From positions 186,001 to 250,000 of the forward strand of contig OZ025726.1 of NCBI GenBank assembly GCA_964019335.1: a DNA stretch of 64,000 bases, read 5' to 3'. Source of the DNA: Diplonema japonicum (taxonomy: Eukaryota > Protista > Euglenozoa: Diplonemea). Below are positions 32,781-43,117 of this stretch, in pieces (positions within the stretch are counted from its first letter, which is position 1; every line of letters begins with the position of its first letter). Both the position numbers and the translations under genes were made by a program. The notes beneath the pieces are model-generated. The model was not told where the DNA came from, did no database searches, and saw only the letters and a list, made by a program, of their open reading frames with translations.

Positions 32781-35579
32781 TCACACGGTGTTGACGCTAC
32801 TTATCTCCGACTCATCCTCGTCCTTCTTCGAGACGGTGCCCGATCGTGATCGGGAGGGTTTGTACATCAGTTTGAGGAGGTCATCAGCTGTGGGTCGTGC
32901 TTTCGGATCCCGTTGCAGGCAGGATTCTATGATATCTTTCATCCCCTTCGGGAGATCGTCAGGCAGTGTGGGGTGAAGAGTCGCGTCTGACCCAAGACGG
33001 TAGAGGAAATTATGCGCCATGAACGGCTGCTCCTCTGTGAAGGTATAAGGCACCTTCCCGAGAACAAGCTGCGCAAGGGTGATGCCAAGACCCCACATAT
33101 CAGATGGTTCCGTTCCAAAACCTTTCGCAGCCTCCGGTGCCATGTATAGAGGTGTTCCTTGCACAGAAGGTCTTCCCGAAAGAATCGCGAGTTTTTGCGA
33201 CGCACCAAAATCCGACAACTTTGCTTGCCCGTCGGTGTGGAGCAGCACATTGTGGGGTTTCACGTCCCGGTGAACGATCCCATGATCATGCAAAAATTTT
33301 AACCCTTTCAAAATATCTTGAAGGTAAACCATTACAATCTGTATGGGGAGGCTCTTGTATAGTTCTAACAAGGTTGTTAAGGAGCCTCCCGACATGAATT
33401 CCATGCATATAACAATGCACCCTCCGCTGACTATTGACGTTAAGTAAGCCACGACGTTGGTGTGCCGTAGTTTTGTCAAGAGATCTACCTCGTTGATTAG
33501 CTCGTTGCATGATTCTTCAGAGCTGGGAGCTTGTACTTTTCGTCTCCTGTGCGCGTATCGTCCTCCGGACGATGATTCTTTCGGTAGTTTTAAGACTTTC
33601 ATCGCAAACAGGGAGCCTTCCGCTGACATTCCTTTGTACACCTCACCGAATGCACCTGTCCCCAGGATTTGATGAGACCTGCAGTACTTGATTCCCTTTC
33701 TGTCAACATATTCGTAAGCCGACGCGGTTTGCGCGGGTTCTAAACGACGTGCTGCAGCGATGTCTTGTTTCAAACGGTTGGCTTCTTCTTGTTTGTTTTC
33801 AGCTTCACGGCGTGCCATTGCCTTCAGTTTTTCTCCTATCGTCGCTGTTTCCATCATTCGTTCTTTGGATCTGGCGTGTGCTGGGCTGCCCGGTTCATCA
33901 TCATCATCTGACAGATCCTCTGCCATCACCTCTAGCTTCTCCCATCCGATGTATTCCCGCCGGTAAGGAGTCGACGGTGGGTTGTATGTGTAATAGTTTG
34001 CAAGCGTTGCTATGCGGTAGGCTTGGTAGTCTGAGTTGGACACCGCAAGGTGCGCCTTCATTTTTTCGATGCAGAGTGCGAACTGCATGGTGCGGAAGGC
34101 GGCGAACCCTTCGTGGTAGAGTCGCATGTCGAATCGGGAGACGGGTGTCAAACTGCCGAGGATCTCGTAGACGAATGTGGTTTTTCTGACAGGGTCGTTT
34201 CTGGACAAAGGGTCCGAGGGTGTGTTGATGATGTCGACCAGCCGCGTCACCACCAACGTCGATGTCTTTTCGTGAACAGTGTCGTTGCACAACAACCTCG
34301 TCCCGAGCCTGGGCATCAACCCGAGAAGCCTGCACGCTACCACAACTGTTTCCCCTGTAACAACCGGCGTTTTATCAGGCCCGTAAAACCCGGTGTACAC
34401 AGCACCTGACGAAACGGAAATACCCCAATCAGTACGCGAGCCGATTATGTATGTTAAAGCGTCTCGAATTGATAATGCTGCGGAACACGCGGCTTCGATG
34501 TGTGATGGAAGTGAATCGTGTGTGTTCCATGTTACGATGATGCTGTTTGCCGTGCAGTTCAAAACGAACCCGTCGAATTGTTTTACAGCGGCTAGGATGG
34601 CGTCGAAGGATGTGCTGGACAGCTCGAGGTGGGCGTCTAGGTTTGACGTGTTGTTACCCATAACAGCGAAGGACACGGCGAGGACGGTTGCTTTCTTGGA
34701 ACGGATACCGCCTGTTTGTCCCCTCGCGCCTTTCTTCGCGAACGTGGAGCGTTTCGGTAGAACCGAACAACTACTAGCATCATTCGTCGCCGATGTGTTG
34801 TTGTCCAACAGATCTGTCAACCCAAGTGTGTCGGACACCCGCCGCGAGTCATCTTCAGTGACACACGACAAATTTGTATCAGATGTTTCAGTCATTATTT
34901 GGAGCTTGCTTCGCCGTTGAATTGCAACCGGGGGCTCCACCGCCAAACTGTATTGAGAAGATGGTTTTTTCGTAACCGTTGGTTCCGTAGGCCGTTGATT
35001 CTGATTCATTGTGATGTACAAACGCAGTTCCCTTAAACCAACAAGGATGGAATGCACCTCGTTGATGTGCGATGCTTCCTGTGTGTCTCTGCTTAGCACG
35101 GTCGAGATGTTCAGCAACGGTATGACGCATAAGGTAATTACTATACCGATGCAGAAGGCGAAGAAAACCGGGAAGAACAGAATCAGCTCCTCGTTAGGGT
35201 CGACCATAGTCAGGACAGACACGATACCGCTGTCGTTGGCGACAGGGAAGGTAAGAATGGTTGATAGCCTTGAGGGTATAATGTATTTTTGGTGGACCTC
35301 GCCTAGTTTCGTCGGGATCTCCTTGGGGATTTCTTGGCACGGTGCGGAACAGCTGAGCAAAGCCCCGGTGGATAGATGGACTGAGGTTCCAGGTTGTAAG
35401 TTCAAAAAGCTCCCTCGAACAGCTTCCTCCGCTGCTAGTGTGGCCACTTCCAACCCATGCTTTTTATTCGCATTATCGATCCCCCTCCATACCATGTGCC
35501 ACATTGTTAACTCCACACTCCCGGGCAGCGCCACCAAAAAAAATATCAAGCTTGCTACACTGCATATTCGTATTTTCAT
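32781..35579 (-). CDS. Membrane-anchored degenerate class III adenylate-cyclase domain fused to STE/MAP3K-like Ser/Thr kinase
   Basis: Two hydrophobic segments; GISVSSGAVYTGFYG..GETV..ACRL cyclase fold; LGTGAFG, AMK, HRDVKPHN, DFG, GTPLYMAPE. Confidence 0.88.
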   Translation of the reverse strand: MKIRICSVASLIFFLVALPGSVELTMWHMVWRGIDNANKKHGLEVATLAAEEAVRGSFLNLQPGTSVHLSTGALLSCSAPCQEIPKEIPTKLGEVHQKYIIPSRLSTILTFPVANDSGIVSVLTMVDPNEELILFFPVFFAFCIGIVITLCVIPLLNISTVLSRDTQEASHINEVHSILVGLRELRLYITMNQNQRPTEPTVTKKPSSQYSLAVEPPVAIQRRSKLQIMTETSDTNLSCVTEDDSRRVSDTLGLTDLLDNNTSATNDASSCSVLPKRSTFAKKGARGQTGGIRSKKATVLAVSFAVMGNNTSNLDAHLELSSTSFDAILAAVKQFDGFVLNCTANSIIVTWNTHDSLPSHIEAACSAALSIRDALTYIIGSRTDWGISVSSGAVYTGFYGPDKTPVVTGETVVVACRLLGLMPRLGTRLLCNDTVHEKTSTLVVTRLVDIINTPSDPLSRNDPVRKTTFVYEILGSLTPVSRFDMRLYHEGFAAFRTMQFALCIEKMKAHLAVSNSDYQAYRIATLANYYTYNPPSTPYRREYIGWEKLEVMAEDLSDDDDEPGSPAHARSKERMMETATIGEKLKAMARREAENKQEEANRLKQDIAAARRLEPAQTASAYEYVDRKGIKYCRSHQILGTGAFGEVYKGMSAEGSLFAMKVLKLPKESSSGGRYAHRRRKVQAPSSEESCNELINEVDLLTKLRHTNVVAYLTSIVSGGCIVICMEFMSGGSLTTLLELYKSLPIQIVMVYLQDILKGLKFLHDHGIVHRDVKPHNVLLHTDGQAKLSDFGASQKLAILSGRPSVQGTPLYMAPEAAKGFGTEPSDMWGLGITLAQLVLGKVPYTFTEEQPFMAHNFLYRLGSDATLHPTLPDDLPKGMKDIIESCLQRDPKARPTADDLLKLMYKPSRSRSGTVSKKDEDESEISSVNTV

Positions 35580-35729
35580 TTGGAAAAAGATAGCATGCTG
35601 GGGGTGGGGATTTTTTTTTTTTTTTTGTGAAAGAAGAATAAAAAAAAACTTTTTTTGCAAGATTGAGACGAAAGTGGGAAAGGGATGAGAGGGAAGAAAG
35701 GGTGTCTTTTTTTTTTTTTTTTTTCCTCA

Positions 35730-35858
35730 GGTGGTGGGGATAACATGGAAATATAAAGAAGTACATCAGATGTGTTGTTCGCTGTTGACCTCCTCGTCGG
35801 TCATCACCGGTAGCGCCCAAGTGGAAGAAGCAGATGCTCTGGGTGGCGAACAGGCAGC
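35730..35858 (+). ncRNA. HDV-like self-cleaving ribozyme
   Basis: P1 GGTGGTG/CATCACC; P2 GCTGTTG/CAG(G)CAGC; P3 ACC/GGT; L3 TCCTCGTC; P1.1 CC/GG; P4 CGCCCA/TGGGTG; J4/2 GCGAA with putative catalytic C35847. Confidence 0.8.
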
Positions 35859-36736
35859 AAACTACACGAGGGTGCACCGGCTTCCTTTAAATCATCGAGT
35901 TTTTTTTTTTTTTTTTTTTTCTTGCCAGTTCTGGTTCTTCTCGTTATGAAAAAAAGAAGGGAAAAAAAAAGAAAAAAAACTTGCCCTCTCTTCTCTCTTT
36001 TCTCGCTTCCCCTTTAAAAAAAAAGAAAAAAAAAAACTAAAAAGCGCATCGCTGAATTCGAAGAAGGGGATCCCACAAAAATAATAAAAAGGGGGGGGGA
36101 TGGAAAATAATTTCCATGGTGGGGGGAAAAAAAAAGGAAATTGAGTTAGTAGAGGGAGAAAAAAAAAAAGAAGAAGAAGAGTAACGCTTGTTATTGATGC
36201 ACCTCTATTCTACACTGCAGGGCAGGGGAACAGCGTGAAAATTTTATTTTACAGACCCTTTAGAAGCGTGGGCCATGAGTTTTCATTTTTTTTCGGGGCA
36301 TATCTTATTACTTTATCTTGTTTTTTTTTTCTTTTTTTTTTTGGAGTGTCTCTTCAAGTATGGGAAGTAATTTATAAAAGAAAAAGGGAAACAGAAAGAA
36401 AAAAAAAAGAAAAAAAAAACCAAAGAGCAACCCAGATTTTAAAACCTAAAAATAAGGAGAGTGTTGCGTCGTATGAACGCTAACCGCCTGCTTCCCCAAA
36501 TTTAAAAAAAAAAAAAGAGGAATAAAAATCGTTCGATTTTTTTTTTTTTTCCTGTTTCCCTGGAGAAAAAAAAAAAAGAAAGAAAAAAAAAACACAAAAC
36601 ACAATATGATGGGGAAATCCACCAAAAAAACAAAAATAAAAGGGAGGGGAGAGAAAAAGAATGTTACAGGTTTAAAAAGAATATGCTAGAGCAGCACTCG
36701 CAGGTGGAGAAGAAAGAAAATGGCTTTAAAAAAAAA

Positions 36737-36945
36737 TCGATATTTCAACGTCAAGATATTATTGGAGAGAGCTTCCGTTTTGAAAGGTCTGATTGTGCCT
36801 GGGTGACAGTTGCTCGCCGCAAGGGTTGCTTTACCCATTATCCTCCGCCGGGCATCACTTTGGAACAAACTTCTCTGAAGTAACTCGCTTAAGGGGAGGT
36901 GTCGTTACGCACCTACCTAGACCCGGCCAAAGGTCTTGCTGCCCC
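36737..36945. mobile_element. SINE-like structured repeat, copy 2 (shorter internal region)
   Basis: Same terminal and internal blocks as 23643-23957. Confidence 0.75.
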
Positions 36946-37151
36946 ATGGAAAAAAAGAAAATACAGGAGAGGAAGTAGCTGAAGAGATTTGGAGGGAAAA
37001 AAAAAAAAAAAAAAAAAAAAAGTGCATACATCTTCCTTGCTTACCTATGATTTTCATTAAAGAAAAACAGGATGGAGTAAAAAACAAAAAAAACTCGAAG
37101 GGACTGGGTCGCTTTTAAAGGCGTATATATGTGACAACTGGGTACGAGGGG

Positions 37152-37183
<32 letters not shown>

Positions 37184-37537
37184 CCAGAAGCCCTTTCCTT
37201 TTTGCTGTTTCTTTTTTAAGTATGTGGGGTTACCCTCTTTTGAATCAAGAGTGTTTTGCGAACAGCGGGTAGGACGGGGAGCATAACAACACATTTCCCC
37301 CTACCCTTTTCTTTGTAAAAAAGGGCTGAGAGCACGCGGGGTCGAATGAACGAGAATTTCTTTTTTAAAAAAAAAAGGCTCATCTGCCGGATAGAGAAAA
37401 AGAGATAAAGAGTTTTGTATTAGAAACGCTACACTTGGCGCCCGTCCATAGCGGGCGTAGCCAACGGTGCAGATTTTTTTTTTTTCCCCTTTCTTTTTTT
37501 TTTTTCCAAGCGGAAGGAAGAAGAGAAAAAATGGCAC

Positions 37538-37568
<31 letters not shown>

Positions 37569-38601
37569 CAACATTTTTTTTTTTTGATCATTGATGTCAA
37601 AAAAAAAAAAAAAAAAAAAAAAAAACGAACACATTCACGCGTAGTTCGAGGAAAGGGGGGAAGCAGATGAGGGGAAGAGGGAAGGGGATTGGGGGAGAAA
37701 AGCAAAAGAAAGAAAGAAAAAAAAAATAAAGGAGGGGAAAGAATGAATGAATTATAAAAAAAAAAAAAAAAAAAAACCATGAGAAGCAGGCCTCATGGGG
37801 GTCATTGGGTGACCTCCAATGAGTGACTATGGGTGCTCTTTTCTAGGGAAGATATAAAAAGTAAATAACGGGGGAAAAAAAAATAAAAAAAATTAAAAAA
37901 AGAAAAGAAAAAGGGAAAGGGAGATGTAGATAGATGTATGTCACATTTCTTTTTTTTTTTTCTTCTTCTTTTTTTTCAAGCAAAAGGAGAGAGAAAGGAT
38001 GTGGGAGAGAGGTGGAAAGAAAACGCTGACAAATACCTCGAAGATTTAAAGATTTTTTGCCATGTAGAATTCTGGTGATACTTTTAGTGCACCACCCCCC
38101 CCCCCCCCCCCTCCCCTCCAGATTCATGAAACTACACAAAATACCGAGGAGGAAAAAAAAAAATTGATAACAAAGGGAGAAAGAGCTGAGACTAAACAGT
38201 AAGTGGGGGAGGCTTTTGGTCCCCCTCCCCTTGCTTTGTTTCGGTCTTTCTTCGATACCTGTGCTTCAAAAAAAAAAAAAAAAAAAGAAAAAAAAAAGGG
38301 AGAGAGGGAGAGAAAGAGAGAGGTAGAGAAAGGACTATGTTCGCAGACCATATACGTTTCGGCAGACTGAACAGAACAAAAGAAGGGCGAAGCCTTTCAT
38401 GTCTCAAAGAAAAAGGGGAAAAAAATTTTTTAAAAAAAAAGCTCAACTGTAAGAAAGTCCCACATTCATACTCTAATAGAAGAGTTTTAAGATCTTTTTT
38501 TTCTTCTTTTTTTTTTTTTTTTAAAAACGACAAAAAAAACTATCGACACAGAAGGTCCCTTGCTGGCAAATATTGCACGGCCCAACAACAACAAAAAAGC
38601 T

Positions 38602-38635
<34 letters not shown>

Positions 38636-38961
38636 ACAGGAAAGAAACTTTAAGGTATAATACACGGGGATATAAGGGAATGTGAAGGGGGGGGGGGGGG
38701 GGGGGTAATGTTTAAGAGATGCCAAATTTTTTTAATTTTTTTTTTGTTCTTCGCATATGCAACACATACTATCTCCCCGTTGTACAGTTTTTTTTTTGTT
38801 TTTGTTTTTATGTCAACATAAAAAAAAAAAGAGGAGAAATTTAGAGCTTTCATTATCATTTTTTTTTCCCTTCCTGTTATCAAATGAAAAAAAAAAAGTA
38901 AAATCTTCCTCCTTAGAAGAGATCGTACTTTCCTTTTTTTTTTTTCTTTTTTCTTTTTTTT

Positions 38962-39834
38962 CTATTTCACCTCAGCATTTTTCCTTTTTCCCTTTCCAAA
39001 AACCTTAGCAAGCTTTCCCAGCCTCCCGGCTAGCGCAGAAACCAGCTTGTTGGTTTTCTCCTTTTTTTTCACCTCTTTTTTCACCCCACCTGCGACGCCA
39101 TCAGGCCTTCTAACATCAACTGGAGACGGCGCCCGCGACGGGCCATCAGAGATAGAGATAAGAGAGAGAGTAGAAGACATCGAAGAGGCAGGAGATCCAT
39201 CACCAAGGCATTGGAGGGAGATGGCAGCAAGGCAAGAGGAATAATCATCAGGAGAAACATAAAGTTCAAAGTTCAAAGTTCTTATAAAAGTAGCTTCCAT
39301 GAGATTTAGGTTCGCGAGGTCAACACCACCAAGGACAGAAGCACACTTGTTAGATGGCTGGCAATCCTCGATCAGTTTTGCTGCAACAACAACAGAAGTG
39401 AGGAGCAAACGGTGAACAGTGTGGGCAGTTAATGGGGTATGCCCGGTTTCAAGAAATCTGCGAAGAAGAACCAAGGCGGACACCCACATGCCATCGCCAC
39501 ATCCGTACCCGCCCATGCCCAGCCATAGTAACCAGCAGTAGTTCCCCATGCTCACAGGAGGGAGCTGGAGAGACTCGAACACCAGCCCTTCTGAAGTGTC
39601 GTCAAGCATCCAATCCTCCTCGCCTTCCACCATCCCCCCGACGAGCCCCATGATCCCCTTCAGCCAGCCCGGTTCATTGTACCCCTCCCCTACTCTGCGC
39701 ACTCGCTTTCCCATGAAGGACATCGCATGCCGCAACAAAGTGCTTCTCTCCATTACCCTCACGTCAGGTGTTGCCGGTGACGACGGCGGTGAACTCACCG
39801 CAGTGAAAACTGATTCGGGAGAGAGGAGTTCCAT
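38962..39834 (-). CDS. P/U-type (PHO80-like) cyclin
   Basis: PPVSMGNY, TVHRLLLTSVVVAAKL.ED..SNK..VLGGV..LNLME..F...LNFELYV. Confidence 0.88.
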   Translation of the reverse strand: MELLSPESVFTAVSSPPSSPATPDVRVMERSTLLRHAMSFMGKRVRRVGEGYNEPGWLKGIMGLVGGMVEGEEDWMLDDTSEGLVFESLQLPPVSMGNYCWLLWLGMGGYGCGDGMWVSALVLLRRFLETGHTPLTAHTVHRLLLTSVVVAAKLIEDCQPSNKCASVLGGVDLANLNLMEATFIRTLNFELYVSPDDYSSCLAAISLQCLGDGSPASSMSSTLSLISISDGPSRAPSPVDVRRPDGVAGGVKKEVKKKEKTNKLVSALAGRLGKLAKVFGKGKRKNAEVK

Positions 39835-39954
39835 TTTTTTTTTTTTAAATCTCCCCTTCTCTGAGAAAAAAAAAAGAATTTTTATATTAGGGAAAAAAAA
39901 GGGGGGGGGGAGGAGGGGAAAAAAAAAAAATACTATTTAAAAATGGAGAAAATT

Positions 39955-41385
39955 TTACTTCTTTTTCGTTCTCCCGCTTCCTCTCCGTCCTACCTCCGGT
40001 GGGGTTGGGACGGCGACGGGCGATCCTGGGACATCCATGACGTCAAACTTTTCATGTCGGGGCCGTATCCTGTTGTGTTGTTCGAGGACACGGCAGTTTT
40101 CATAAACGACATTCCACGTTTCCGTCAATGGGGACGCTGCAAAATAGCCACACCCAAGCCCGAGCGACAGAAGTGGATCTGAAGAGAGCAAAGGCCGGGA
40201 TTTCAACTGCCAAGCTTGGGACAAGGTAATAACGTCCAAGATGGTCTCGGGGCAGTGCGGATCTATAAAGGCAGAAGTCGCAAGATGATTGCTCAGCACA
40301 TTATCAACGTCGTCCTTACTTGAGATTTTGACGCAGATGTCGCATGGAACGAAACCGTCACCTCCGGGGCCTCTGTACAGTTTCTGTACGGCATGTTGCA
40401 TGCTCTTGTCGTCTTCTATGCTCAATAGATCCACCGCCAGCTCGATGTTTTTGCCTTCCAACATGCTGACTAATTCTGTTCCGGTCTTGCCGCCTTCTTC
40501 GTAAGCATACCGCAATGTTTCTAAGCTGAACGCTTCTTGTGCATCGCCTTTTACTGCGTATGCGAATTTTAAATTCTCACCGTCGAGCGGTGGGAGTTGT
40601 GATTCAGCAGTTTTGAACGCATCCAGGATCTGATCGATCGAGGTGATATTCCCGGTTAGGATACCAGAGCGGTCTGGTTGGAAGTCGGGGAGGTCCAGTA
40701 AATTGTACACCGACATTAGAAGTGAAATGGATTTTGTCGATTTGGAAGGAGCGATGCTTTCATCATGACCAACAGTAGCGATGATCCCCAACGTGAGATT
40801 TACCTTGGAACGGTTTGTACCGGCTACACACCATAAAACCATTTTAGGATTTTGAACCACCGCTGGGTCGTGGTTGTCGTGTTCAAGTGAATTTAACAAT
40901 TGGGCTCGTTGGGAAGATACCATGTCGGTGATCATTCTTCCTGACAATGAGGAGGATGTCTTGAGGGTGGCGATGCTCGTGGCATATGAGAGCTCTTTGG
41001 GAACAGAGAGTTTTTTTAAAATCTCATTTACCTTTGTGAAGTCGTGCACGCCGACACCTTTCAACCCGTTGGTGAGTTCGAAACTGTTAGATCCATCTGC
41101 TCCTTCAAAAAATTCCGTGTCGGTGTCACCTTCAAGCCTACCAGAGGTTTTTACACGAACTCTGCACCGGTCGTGTTCGTTCGTGTCGCGACCAAATATT
41201 TTCGTCAGCTCGATTTTTTCAATCAAACTTCCTGCTCCTTCTTTTGAGAAAAATGCGCCTAGATATGAATCGCAATCCTCTACCTGGTTTCCATAACATT
41301 CGTTGACAGCTTTTGTGAGCTTGTCGCTCAGCTTGTGTTTTTCACAGTACTCTGCGAGGCTCTCTCTCGATGTTGTCGTTGACAT
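39955..41385 (-). CDS. ENO4: Enolase-4-like protein (N-terminal docking domain plus degenerate enolase fold)
   Basis: EYCEKHKL..KL..AVN..YL..FF N-terminus, SIATLK, DLLSIEDD, LSLGLGCGYF and YENCRVLE align loosely with enolase landmarks. Confidence 0.55.
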   Translation of the reverse strand: MSTTTSRESLAEYCEKHKLSDKLTKAVNECYGNQVEDCDSYLGAFFSKEGAGSLIEKIELTKIFGRDTNEHDRCRVRVKTSGRLEGDTDTEFFEGADGSNSFELTNGLKGVGVHDFTKVNEILKKLSVPKELSYATSIATLKTSSSLSGRMITDMVSSQRAQLLNSLEHDNHDPAVVQNPKMVLWCVAGTNRSKVNLTLGIIATVGHDESIAPSKSTKSISLLMSVYNLLDLPDFQPDRSGILTGNITSIDQILDAFKTAESQLPPLDGENLKFAYAVKGDAQEAFSLETLRYAYEEGGKTGTELVSMLEGKNIELAVDLLSIEDDKSMQHAVQKLYRGPGGDGFVPCDICVKISSKDDVDNVLSNHLATSAFIDPHCPETILDVITLSQAWQLKSRPLLSSDPLLSLGLGCGYFAASPLTETWNVVYENCRVLEQHNRIRPRHEKFDVMDVPGSPVAVPTPPEVGRRGSGRTKKK

Positions 41386-41413
41386 TATTTTTTTTCTTTT
41401 TTTTCCTTCGCCC

Positions 41414-41917
41414 TTAAATGGATGACGGGTGGGGGGAAGGGTATACACATGCCAAGTAAGGTCTCCTTACATTATACCGTAGCTTCTTTGCGACCTTCAC
41501 CAAGAAAGCCACGGAACCCGCTGCAACGCAAGGGGTTAGGATGGTGGCTAGGAACGACAGGATTACGAAGCCTTGGTTGAAGAGACTTGTTTTGCCGTGT
41601 GGGCCGCGCGGTTCGTCCCATTCCCACCAAGAGGTCTTCGGCACAATCCCAGACTTCCCTGCGTACTTTATATCTAATATACCCCCGTTGCGTATCACTG
41701 TTACGGCTCTTCGTTTGTCGCCGATCTGGTTTTTTTTTTTTTTTTTTTCTTGGAAAATAAAATCTTTACCATCGTCCCGTTGCTCATTCCAACGTCCACG
41801 GCAATTAATTGTCCCTTGCAGTACTGCCGCACCTTTTGCTCGTCTTGTATGGTGTGCCCCACGAACATTCTGGTGACGGGGAGGCCTTCTTTTTTAGAGA
41901 GTTCTTTGAGGATTTCT

Positions 41918-41951
<34 letters not shown>

Positions 41952-42068
41952 ACAAAAAAAAAAAAAAAAAAAAACACACACACACCATCCAGTTCCCTGC
42001 AGTGTCCGTTCTTAGCACGGTTGAGCAGGTCGCGGTTCCACAGCGGGCCGTCGGTGGAGAGAAGCTCG

Positions 42069-42113
<45 letters not shown>

Positions 42114-42638
42114 CCCAAAGTTACCATTCCAACTTTCATTTCGAATTGCCTTCACCCCTCTTCTGTTAATTGCAGATATCCCCAACATTGCTTGTGTTTG
42201 TGTCAGGCCGGCGTGGACGAAGATGCTGGAGTTGTAGAGATATGCTATTTTGAAGTTTTGAAGGATGTACGACCCGTAGGCGCCCGTGGTAAGGAACATT
42301 GATATTCTCTTGGCGGTAGTCAGGCGGGAGAGTTCTTCGGGGTGGACGTATTCGGTGAGTCCTTGCAGAGACATCAGCTCGTGGTTGCCCATCATCACGG
42401 TGAGATCCACTTCTTTTTGCTTTTTGGCGACATACTCGATTACTTTGTCGCTTACCGGTCCTTTGTCCACCAGGTCTCCCATCAGCACAACTTTGTCACC
42501 TCTTCCTATGGTTCCTGCCAGCTTCAAAGCATCTTCCAGTGCATCAAGATCCCCGTGTATGTCACCTATCACCACAACATCCCCTTTACAAAAGGTAACA
42601 GCTGCCCCGATAGCTACTATCTTCAGTATTTTTAACAT
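41414..42638 (-). CDS. Shewanella-like metallophosphoesterase with signal peptide and C-terminal TM
   Basis: GDIHGD, GDLVDKG, GNHE, FVHAG, GPLWNR, VGHTIQ, DVGMS; introns 42070-42124, 41916-41985, 41726-41769. Confidence 0.9.
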
Positions 42639-43117
42639 TGCATCATGTACTTTTTTTTTTTTTTTTCCCCTCCTCTTCTTCCCTCTTTTTGAAATGTTCT
42701 TGAACTCTTTTTAAAGGGGTGGGGGAATATGGATCGAATAACTAACTTGATTTTTTTTTTTTTTTTTTTTAAAATCGTTTCCTGGCCAACGAGCGTTTCT
42801 TGACAAAATGAAGGGGAAAAAAAAAAAAGAAGAAGAAGAAGGGGAAAAAAAACGGCTTGTACAACAAATCGGCGACTTTTTTTTTTTAAAAGAGAAAAAA
42901 AAAAAAAGAAGTAGGAAAAAACACACGTGGGGAAAGGGGGGACATGAAGAAAAGAGGGGGTTTTTCTGCACTGTTGGAAGAAAAAAAAGGGGCAAAAAAA
43001 AAAAAAAGGAAAGATTTACAGAGCGAAATGAAAATATGTATACTCGACGACGATAGTGGAAATGAAAAAGGGGAAAGGTGGTGTCGTTTTTTTTTTTTTT
43101 TTTTTTTTTTTTTCCCT

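Noticed and set aside
35950-38950. Many poly-K/poly-F ORFs here, and + strand ORFs throughout the window
   Set aside because: Artefacts of homopolymer runs or antisense shadows of real genes
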